Positions 6,049 through 13,253 of a stretch of DNA of 31,741 nt are shown one piece after another (positions within the stretch are counted from its first letter, which is position 1; each line of letters opens with the position of its first letter). The notes beneath the pieces are model-generated. The model was not told the DNA's origin. It saw nothing but the letters and a program-made list of their open reading frames with translations, and searched no databases. Both the position numbers and the translations under genes were made by a program. The stretch spans positions 1 to 31,741 of IMG/VR virus record IMGVR_UViG_3300045968_000324. One strand, 5' to 3'. The stretch is from a virus. Lineage: Duplodnaviria > Caudoviricetes.

Positions 6049-7365
6049 CTAGCGGATCCTCTCGCCCGTACCCATGCCGTTGCCGACGCGGACGGCCTGG
6101 TAGTTGTTGAGCCCGGTCGGCGACTTGCCACCGAACGCGAGGTAGCCCTGCCACTCGTTCGCTACGCCGCCGGCGGTGTCGACGATGATGCGGAACCCAT
6201 CCGCGAGCATGGCGTCGATGTCGTAGGCCGCGAGCACGCCCCCCGAGGTGTCCGGGTAGCAGAGGACCTGGTCGTATTGCATCGTGAGGTTGACCAGGGC
6301 CGCCGCGCCCTGGCCGTCCTGCGACAGCCCGCCCATGGACCGACGAGAGGTCGTGCTCGAGCCGCAGCCAATCCCCATGCGGTCCTGAGCCCCGGACGTG
6401 CCCGCCGCGGGTTGCGTCGTCATCACGCCGATGGTGGAGACGCCGAGGGGGACGAAGGGAAGACCGGAGACCGTCTCGGTGGCGCTCCCGCTGTTGCCGG
6501 CGATCGTGTACGCGCCGGCCTGCCACTGTCCGCCAGAGATGGCGAGGGCGATGTAGCGGCGGTTCGTCGTCGCGCGGGCGATCCAGTTGAGGACGAACCC
6601 GTCCTGCGTCCAGTTCGCGAGCTTGGCCCGGGCCGTCGCGTTGCCGCCACCGATCGCGATCATGGCCAGGCACTCGCCGGTCTGGCAGTAGGCGTCGCAG
6701 TCCGAGGTGCCTGAGGCGTCGTCGGAGTTCCCGAGGATGACGACGTTGTCGGCGGCACGGTCGCTGGTCGCGAAGCCGAGGCAGATCCCGGAGTCCTGGC
6801 GCGCCGAGCCATCGGCCGCGTTGTGCTGGCAGCCGGCGATCATCAGGACACTCGGCTGGAACCCGACGCTGTAGGTCTGGTTGCCGGCGCTGCCGGGCTC
6901 CGTGATGTCCACGACGTTGGCGCTGATCGAGTCGTCGCCGCCCCAGGCTTCCCAGAAGACGGTGATGTCCACCGGCGAGGCGTCGTCCACGATGAACGTG
7001 AAGCCCGCCGCGTCGAAGGACTGAATGTCGAGCAGCCCGTCAAACGCGGGCGTGCTCGTCACGGTGGCGGCGACCGCGTCCGTGCGCTGGCCGGCCGTAC
7101 AGACCTGCGTCCCGGCCGCGTCCTGATCCTGTGAGGCGACACAGCGGCGGTTCGTCGCCGAAGTCGCGAAGCCGATGCACTTGCGGAAGTGGGCCGTCGT
7201 GGAGTTGGCGTCGGCCCCGGAGCCGAGCCCCTGCGTCCAGACCTTGATCGCCTTCGGCCTGAACGTCTGGCCGGTCCGGACGTCCGTGCACGTCTCGACG
7301 TACGTGGTCGTGGCCGAGTCTGCGGTCAGCCACTGCCGGGCGCCGTGCGCGTACATCAGGGCCAT
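6049..7365 (-). CDS. Virion/fibre protein with three tandem ~140-aa beta domains
   Basis: Recurring TFRP/GFQP/PFVP, IGFATS/LGFATS/IGCGSS, AAGFTF/QDGFVL/ADGFRI, EAWGG/AISGG/LAFGG. Confidence 0.8.
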   Translation of the reverse strand: MALMYAHGARQWLTADSATTTYVETCTDVRTGQTFRPKAIKVWTQGLGSGADANSTTAHFRKCIGFATSATNRRCVASQDQDAAGTQVCTAGQRTDAVAATVTSTPAFDGLLDIQSFDAAGFTFIVDDASPVDITVFWEAWGGDDSISANVVDITEPGSAGNQTYSVGFQPSVLMIAGCQHNAADGSARQDSGICLGFATSDRAADNVVILGNSDDASGTSDCDAYCQTGECLAMIAIGGGNATARAKLANWTQDGFVLNWIARATTNRRYIALAISGGQWQAGAYTIAGNSGSATETVSGLPFVPLGVSTIGVMTTQPAAGTSGAQDRMGIGCGSSTTSRRSMGGLSQDGQGAAALVNLTMQYDQVLCYPDTSGGVLAAYDIDAMLADGFRIIVDTAGGVANEWQGYLAFGGKSPTGLNNYQAVRVGNGMGTGERIR

Positions 7366-7371
7366 GCGGGG

Positions 7372-7905
7372 TCAGTTCAGCGACTTCAGCGTGTAGACGT
7401 GGCCCGTGAGGGTGTTCGACGCGCTCGACGCGCTCCAGTCCGCGGTGAGCGAGAGCGCCGTGTCGGCGGTGAGGTCGGCCGTCACGGCAGCCGGTGCGTC
7501 GAACCCGGAGACCGAGAACACGTTGCGGACGACGGTGGCTGCGGCCGTGTGGACGTCGGCGCTGCCGGTGACGAACAGACTGCCCGTGGCGCCGTTGGCC
7601 CGCGTCTGGATGATGAAGCGGACCTCCCACATCACGTTGGTCACGCCCGAGCCGTTCGTGATGGCCTCGGTGGTCGCCAGCAGCGTCCCGGCGACGCCGC
7701 CCCATCGGATCGCGAAGGTGATGGTCGGCGTGCCCGTGGTGCTGAGCTTGCCGGCCGCGTAGCCTTCGAGCACCCGGCCGTCGCTCATGTAGTTGGCCGG
7801 GATGAGGATGTTCGGGAAGATGATGGTCTCGGTCGTGGTGGTGTGGATCGCCGCCCCGTCGGCGGTCGCCCACGTGAGCAATTCCTGCCAGCTCTGTCGG
7901 CTCAT
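7372..7905 (-). CDS. Beta-rich virion/fibre-associated protein
   Basis: AGGAG SD; Thr/Ala/Gly-rich beta-sandwich-like composition within the fibre cassette. Confidence 0.8.
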   Translation of the reverse strand: MSRQSWQELLTWATADGAAIHTTTTETIIFPNILIPANYMSDGRVLEGYAAGKLSTTGTPTITFAIRWGGVAGTLLATTEAITNGSGVTNVMWEVRFIIQTRANGATGSLFVTGSADVHTAAATVVRNVFSVSGFDAPAAVTADLTADTALSLTADWSASSASNTLTGHVYTLKSLN

Positions 7906-7914
7906 GGTGTTCTC

Positions 7915-8958
7915 CTATCTCGCGAGTCCCGGCGCGAAGGCGCGCGGGCGTGTCTTGCCCCTGTTCGGGAGCGTGAACACGAACGGTCGGACCTGATCGG
8001 CGCCGATGTCCCACGCGCCCTCGCGCGTCACCCCGTCGATGTCGTCAGCGAAGAGCCCGGAGCCTGGGTCGGTGAAGCCGAATCCCCTGGCTCCGGCGTC
8101 GGACGCGGCAAGGTGGTAATCGTCTCCGGCCGCGTTGACGAACGTGAAGGTCTGACCCGTGCGCGAACTCGTGCCGGGGGCGGAGCCGTCACTCGATGCG
8201 TTGTTCTTGGTCCCCGCCGCGTAGGCGCCACCGACGACAAACGTGACGTCACCGCCCTCCCCCAGGCAGTTGATGCAGAGCGCGCCGTTCGTCGCGTTGG
8301 AGACGAACGGAAACTGACCGGACACGCCGATGGCCGTGCAGTTGTAGAACTCGGTGGAGACGAACTCCCCCTGGAATCCAATGGAGCAGTCGTACGCGAT
8401 GCAGTTCCAGAATTCCGTACTGCCCGTGGCCCCGCCGGTCGGGCGCGCGTGGAACCCGATGAGCGTCCCGCTCGTGAGGACCCCGCGGACGATGCAACTA
8501 CTGACGCGCATGTCGACGGTGCCCGTCGTCTGGTTCGCGTTCGTCGTCTTGATGCCCTCGTAGGAATCGCCGTCGTTGACCGTCACCTGCACCTGGAGCC
8601 CGTCGATGCGGACGTGGGCCGAGGTGTTGCCGTACAGCGCGTTGGCGTTCGTGACTTCGAGGCGGTACGCGTTCCCCGTCGTGGTCCACTTCCCCTGATG
8701 ACGCGCCGTGCCCGTCGTCGTGATGAGGAGGTAGTTGGTGGCCGACGTCGCGAAATCCCACGGGGTCTGATCCACCGCCGAGGTATCCGCGCCTCCCGAC
8801 CCATCGCAGAAGATCGTGGTCTGGTCGGTGAGCGTGCCGGGCAGGCTGTTGATGGCTTCGAGCAGCGTGGCGAAGGCGCGCGTCGAGCCCGAAGTGTTAT
8901 TCGTGGTCCCGTCGCCTCCAGCAGTTGAAGCCGTATTTACGAAGCGCGTGATGGCCAC
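7915..8958 (-). CDS. Right-handed beta-helix (pectin-lyase-like) protein, putative receptor-binding/depolymerase
   Basis: Stacked Asn/Cys repeats (FWNCIAYDC, FYNCTAIG, CINCLG); C-terminal DYHL...DIDGVTR..WDIGAD capping motif. Confidence 0.8.
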   Translation of the reverse strand: MAITRFVNTASTAGGDGTTNNTSGSTRAFATLLEAINSLPGTLTDQTTIFCDGSGGADTSAVDQTPWDFATSATNYLLITTTGTARHQGKWTTTGNAYRLEVTNANALYGNTSAHVRIDGLQVQVTVNDGDSYEGIKTTNANQTTGTVDMRVSSCIVRGVLTSGTLIGFHARPTGGATGSTEFWNCIAYDCSIGFQGEFVSTEFYNCTAIGVSGQFPFVSNATNGALCINCLGEGGDVTFVVGGAYAAGTKNNASSDGSAPGTSSRTGQTFTFVNAAGDDYHLAASDAGARGFGFTDPGSGLFADDIDGVTREGAWDIGADQVRPFVFTLPNRGKTRPRAFAPGLAR

Positions 8959-8961
8959 GTC

Positions 8962-9285
8962 TTACTGCACCCCGAGACTCGCGGGCGCGGCGGGCACCTG
9001 CCTCGATTCGTCGTGCCAGAATCCGTCGGCGGGCCGCGGCGTGCAGGCCGTGGCGTTGCAGGCGTGCAGGCGGAACAGCGTCAGCGCCGCCTCGGTGCCC
9101 GTGTACGTGAACGGCGACGTCGCCGTGGCCGAGACCAGCGCCCACGACGCGCCGTTGTCGGTCGACTTCTCGAGCCGGTAGGACGTGGCGCCCGCCGACG
9201 GCGCCCACGAGTACACGGCCGACCACGCCTGAGCCTCGGCGGCGATGGCCAGGAGCAGCGCGAGCGCGAACAGCAGCGTCTTCAT
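8962..9285 (-). CDS. Signal-peptide-bearing single FN3-like domain protein
   Basis: GAGGAGG SD; MKTLLFALALLLAIAAEAQA- signal; SWAPSAGATSYRLEKS...FRLHACNATAC FN3 pattern. Confidence 0.82.
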   Translation of the reverse strand: MKTLLFALALLLAIAAEAQAWSAVYSWAPSAGATSYRLEKSTDNGASWALVSATATSPFTYTGTEAALTLFRLHACNATACTPRPADGFWHDESRQVPAAPASLGVQ

Positions 9286-9518
9286 TGCGGTCCCTCCTCG
9301 ATGGGCCAGCGTTGCGTGAGCCCGCGGCGCATCACGACGAGCAGGCGCGCGGGCAGGGAGTGGTCGTGCGTGGTGGGCCTCGGCCCGTCGTTCACGGTCA
9401 GCGGCGGCGGCGGGTACAGGCGACCGAGCGGACTCTCCGGGTCGACGGAGAGCAGCCGCATCGCGCGCCGGTACTGCGGCGATCGCGTGAACATGCCGGT
9501 GCCGAGGGGCTTGGACAC
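9282..9518 (-). CDS. Hypothetical protein (78 aa)
   Basis: Exactly fills the gap between neighbours; ATGA overlap with downstream gene. Confidence 0.55.
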   Translation of the reverse strand: MSKPLGTGMFTRSPQYRRAMRLLSVDPESPLGRLYPPPPLTVNDGPRPTTHDHSLPARLLVVMRRGLTQRWPIEEGPQ

Positions 9519-9522
9519 CGGC

Positions 9523-9948
9523 TCAGTCTTCCGAAATCGTGCTCGTCGTCTTCAGGCGGGGGATCACGCCGACCGCGAGGGTGATGTTCGGCGTGACCGG
9601 GCCTTTGTACATGAGGTTGTTGCTCACGCCGGTCCCGATGCCGAAGTGCGTGATGGCGGCCCCGGGCGACGCCGTGCATTCCCCGAAGTCGATGTTCGCG
9701 GTGGGGCTGACGCTGTTGCCGGTGACCGTCCAACCGCCTGAGTTCCGGTTGACCGTGACGCGCGAGTACCCCGTGTAGGCGGTCTCATTCGTGGTCATGG
9801 TGCCGGCCTCCCCCGGATCGGCCGTATGGAGCGAGACGGTCAGGGTGGTCGCCGGGCTCGAGGCGTCGTTCTCGGCGAGGTCCGCGATGGCGGTCCCGTT
9901 GAACAAAAGCAGAAGGAGCGAATTTTCGAGCGCGTTGGTCTTGGACAT
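9523..9948 (-). CDS. Small fibre rod subunit-like structural protein
   Basis: GGAGG SD; VSLHTADPGEAG...ETAYTGYSRV...ITHFGIG...G.N.MYKG is a widespread phage minor structural/fibre family (recalled as GP4 gp80-like). Confidence 0.85.
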   Translation of the reverse strand: MSKTNALENSLLLLLFNGTAIADLAENDASSPATTLTVSLHTADPGEAGTMTTNETAYTGYSRVTVNRNSGGWTVTGNSVSPTANIDFGECTASPGAAITHFGIGTGVSNNLMYKGPVTPNITLAVGVIPRLKTTSTISED

Positions 9949-9972
9949 GCCCCTATACCCTCCGTGACTGAA

Positions 9973-10015
9973 GGGCTCGGGGCTCTGGGCTCAAGGCCGC
10001 TGGCCGCTGGCCGCT
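9973..10015 (-). repeat. Two adjacent triple 7-nt repeats in the leader of the fibre cassette
   Basis: mRNA sense AGCGGCC x3 (10015-9995), TT, GAGCCC(N) x3 (9992-9973); a further AGCGGC overlaps the upstream stop; TACAAT -10-like box at 10043-10038. Confidence 0.9.
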
Positions 10016-10035
10016 AGGTGTGCGTCGTTACGCCG

Positions 10036-10233
10036 CTATTGTACGCGGATTGCCGGCGCTTTCGATCCTCCAAGGATCGTGATGTGGTTGACCGCCAGGA
10101 TCCGTAACCGCAGCCCGCATCGGCAGATGATCTGCACCGGGGGGCTCAGGGCGACCCGATCGCCCCCCTCCAGCTCGAAGAGCGTGTGGGCGCTCACCGG
10201 GCACTTGATCGGGCGGAGGGCGGTCGCGTCCAT
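10036..10233 (-). CDS. Mu Com-like small Zn-finger regulator (65 aa)
   Basis: ATG 10233 in a TGATG overlap; IKCPVSAHTLF...VQIICRCG resembles Com IRCxxCxKLLF...IEIRCPRC with the second Cys altered. Confidence 0.6.
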   Translation of the reverse strand: MDATALRPIKCPVSAHTLFELEGGDRVALSPPVQIICRCGLRLRILAVNHITILGGSKAPAIRVQ

Positions 10234-12788
10234 CACCAGAAATAGAAGACCGCGGTCCCGGTCCGGACGCCGGCCGCCGCGTTCAGGAGCGTGATGTTGA
10301 ACCCCGAGGCCGTGATGTTCGTGGCCCAGCACACGACGTTCGGATTGCCGGAATCGATCGTGATGTTCGGGATCACCCCCAGCGAGTGAGACTTCGGCGT
10401 CGAGGTGAACTCGCCAGGGTTCAGTGAGTAGGCGTGGGGCTCCACCAGGAGCGGCTGGCGCTTGCCTGTGGTGACGGCCAGCGGCCCCAGCTTGGGCTCA
10501 GTGATCTCCAGGTCATCGATGTCCGTCCCCACCGCCCGCCCGAACGTGACCGCGAGAGACGCGGTCCACGTCGGGGTCCCCGCGCCGGCCACGATGCCGC
10601 TCGTGTTGCCGGTGAAGTCGACGGCCTGGACGCGGTAGTGCGTCGACGAGTAGCCCGCCGAGCCGGCCTGCACCGGCAGCGTCGCACCCTCGACGAAGCC
10701 TGACGCGATCAGCGAGCCCGAGCCATTCGCCCCGGTGTGCTGCTGCCAGTTGTACCCGCGGACATCCTTCTCCGGCGACGGCGTCCACTTCAGGACGGCG
10801 GTCGTGAGCTTCTTGTCGACCAGGGCGAGGCCCGTGGGCAACGCCGGGCCGTCCTTGTCGCCAGGCGCCAGCCAGAACACGATGGGGCCGCCGGGGTTCG
10901 AGGTGAGCCCGAAGCGGTTGAAGGACTCGGCCCGGAAGACGTAGGTGTGGCCCGCCGTGAAGCCATCGAGGCGCGCGTCCACGACGCCGGCCCCGAGCAT
11001 GTTCCCGCTCGCCATGATCTTGCTGTCGGCGAGGTCCGCGTAGTACACGACCGAGTGCGAGAAGTTCACGCTCGGCGTCGTGTAGCGCAGCACGACGAAG
11101 GGTCGCGCGGTGCCGTCGGTGGCCAGGGGCGCCCCCTCGGTGAGGACCGAGAGCAGCGTCGGCGGCGACGGGGCCGTATTCGAGAAGTCGACGATGGGAT
11201 CAATCTCGGACTCGGACGGCAGCGGCCCCGCGACGTAGGTGTAGATCGCGTCGTAGAGCGCCTGCGTCCCGACCCAGAGGTCGAGCACGACCTCGTCGAG
11301 CCCGTCCGTGACCGAGAAGGTTTCGCAGATCGCCCCGTTGATGCCACGTGGGGCGTACGTCAGGGAGACCACGTGGCCGTATTCGATCGCGCGGGCATCC
11401 TGCTGGCACGTCACCCGCACCGACCGATCCGTGAAGTTGATCCGGGCCATGCGGCGATAGGCGATCTTGTCGGCCGTCACGTGGTTCGTCACGAAGCGCC
11501 CGTCCAGGACCAGCACCCGGCCGTGCGTCGACCCGAAGTTACTCGGGAGCGTCACGTTGCGCGTGATCGTGTGCAGCGGCGTGCCGTCGAAGCCGAGGCG
11601 GTACTCGATGCTCACGGCTCGGATGAGCTGGTCGGTCGGCCGCGGTGTGACCTCGCCGATGGCCACGATGTTCCGGACCCCGTCGCCCACGCCGTCGCGC
11701 AGCACGAGCTCGACGTCCGGCGTGTAGGTGTCCACGTGCTCGACCCACTCCCCGTCCTCGTTCATCGTCAGCCACTGGTCGGCGAACTGGCCGAGCAGCC
11801 GGAGGACGTCGAGGGCGGGCTCCGGGCCGTTGAGCCCGATGATGCCGTCCGCGAAGAGGCTGGTCGTGGCCGGATCCACCAGGGTCTCGGCCGCGGTGAA
11901 GCTGGCCGCGTTGACCGGCTGGCCGAGCCCCCACGAGGTATTCGTCAGGATGTTCTTCCGGACCCGAGAGGAGTTTCGGTCAATCGCGGGCGTCGAGATG
12001 TCCGCGTAGATCAGGTGGAGCTCGTCGCTGTTGTGCCGCTCCTGGCGCTTGACGAAGCTGACGATCGTGAAGCCGGGGTACTCCGGGAGCGACGTGAGCA
12101 CCGTGTATTCCGCCGGCGTGATCTCCTCGAACTGCTGGCCCCCCACCCCGTCGCTCTTGAGCAGGTTGAACGTGAGCGATCCGCCGCCGGCCGCCCGCGG
12201 CGCGAGGTAGTAGTTGACGTTGAGCTCGCGATCGTCGCGGATGTGCCAGAGCGGGACATTCGTCGCGTTGCCGAACACGACGAGCAGAGGCTTGCCGAGG
12301 TCCGGGGCGTCGGGGAAGAGCTCGTTGGTCACCGTCCCCTTCGGGATCTCGTCCTGGAGCACGGACACCTTGAGGTCCTCGGCCTCGAGGATGAGATGGT
12401 CCCCGAGCCGAGGCTGAGAGACCTGCCCCATGAATCGCGTGGCCAGATACCCGTCCGCCTCGTCCGCCCGACGGACCACCAGGTTTGCGCCACGCGGATC
12501 GGCGCCGAAGACGGCCGTCAGCGCGCCGTTGAGGTTTTGCAGCGACACCGACACCCGTGTGGGCTCCAGCGTCCGATAGATGGGGTCCGACTGCCGTTGC
12601 GTGACTTCGAGGCGCTCGGCGATGAGCCCATAGCGCGGGTCCGTGCCCGCGTCCGAGTCCACCGTCGAGATGAACATGGAGCCCCCGTCCGTCACGAAGT
12701 CGCCGGGCACGAAGTCACCGGGGCCGACGAAGTCCGGCTGCCCCTCGAGGTCGACGTACCAGCGCGGCTTCTGGGCGAGGGTCGCCAT
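10233..12788 (-). CDS. Tail tip/hub (Tal or J-like) protein with two FN3-like domains and a C-terminal lectin-like domain
   Basis: GKPLLVVFG hub motif; TAPSPPT...YVFRAESFNRFG and GPALPTGL...YRVQAVDFTGN; HSLGVIP...NITASGF tail. Confidence 0.82.
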   Translation of the reverse strand: MATLAQKPRWYVDLEGQPDFVGPGDFVPGDFVTDGGSMFISTVDSDAGTDPRYGLIAERLEVTQRQSDPIYRTLEPTRVSVSLQNLNGALTAVFGADPRGANLVVRRADEADGYLATRFMGQVSQPRLGDHLILEAEDLKVSVLQDEIPKGTVTNELFPDAPDLGKPLLVVFGNATNVPLWHIRDDRELNVNYYLAPRAAGGGSLTFNLLKSDGVGGQQFEEITPAEYTVLTSLPEYPGFTIVSFVKRQERHNSDELHLIYADISTPAIDRNSSRVRKNILTNTSWGLGQPVNAASFTAAETLVDPATTSLFADGIIGLNGPEPALDVLRLLGQFADQWLTMNEDGEWVEHVDTYTPDVELVLRDGVGDGVRNIVAIGEVTPRPTDQLIRAVSIEYRLGFDGTPLHTITRNVTLPSNFGSTHGRVLVLDGRFVTNHVTADKIAYRRMARINFTDRSVRVTCQQDARAIEYGHVVSLTYAPRGINGAICETFSVTDGLDEVVLDLWVGTQALYDAIYTYVAGPLPSESEIDPIVDFSNTAPSPPTLLSVLTEGAPLATDGTARPFVVLRYTTPSVNFSHSVVYYADLADSKIMASGNMLGAGVVDARLDGFTAGHTYVFRAESFNRFGLTSNPGGPIVFWLAPGDKDGPALPTGLALVDKKLTTAVLKWTPSPEKDVRGYNWQQHTGANGSGSLIASGFVEGATLPVQAGSAGYSSTHYRVQAVDFTGNTSGIVAGAGTPTWTASLAVTFGRAVGTDIDDLEITEPKLGPLAVTTGKRQPLLVEPHAYSLNPGEFTSTPKSHSLGVIPNITIDSGNPNVVCWATNITASGFNITLLNAAAGVRTGTAVFYFW

Positions 12789-12791
12789 GGC

Positions 12792-13202
12792 CTACGCGGC
12801 GGACACCTTCTCGGGCTCCGGCATCGTGTACGGCTTGACCGCGTCCATGAACTCGAGCACGGCCAGGGCGCGGTCGGCCGAGAACATCCGCGCGTGATGG
12901 CGCGTCGTCGCCGTGCCGGGGTTCACGCCGTCCTCGCAGACCATCTTGACGCACTCCTTGAGCACGCCGAACTCCGCGTCCTCGAGGAGCACGGTCGCCG
13001 AGCCGTCCACCAGCGGCGTCAGCACCTCGGAGCCGTCGGGCAGCGTCTGCGAGAGCACGCGCGCGGAGAGCTTCTTGTTGACGTTCGCCATCGCCGTGAG
13101 CCGCTGGCCGCCGCCGAGGATGTAGAGGTCCCCCACGCGCGCGCAGATGTAGAGGTCTCGGAGCACGTCCCGCTCCATCAATCCGAAGGTCAGGTCTTTC
13201 AT
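12792..13202 (-). CDS. Hypothetical protein, possibly spike/fibre assembly chaperone (alternative GTG start at 13253)
   Basis: GAGGAG SD before ATG 13202; directly downstream of the spike gene. Confidence 0.7.
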   Translation of the reverse strand: MKDLTFGLMERDVLRDLYICARVGDLYILGGGQRLTAMANVNKKLSARVLSQTLPDGSEVLTPLVDGSATVLLEDAEFGVLKECVKMVCEDGVNPGTATTRHHARMFSADRALAVLEFMDAVKPYTMPEPEKVSAA

Positions 13203-13253
13203 GGCTCCTCGCTTCTTCGGCCACTGGTACAGGGTGCGCTGCTTGGTCTTCAC

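Noticed and set aside
9973-10015. Repeat array as CRISPR or iterons
   Set aside because: Units are 7 nt with no spacers, and no cas or rep gene is nearby; no CRISPR array seen anywhere in the window
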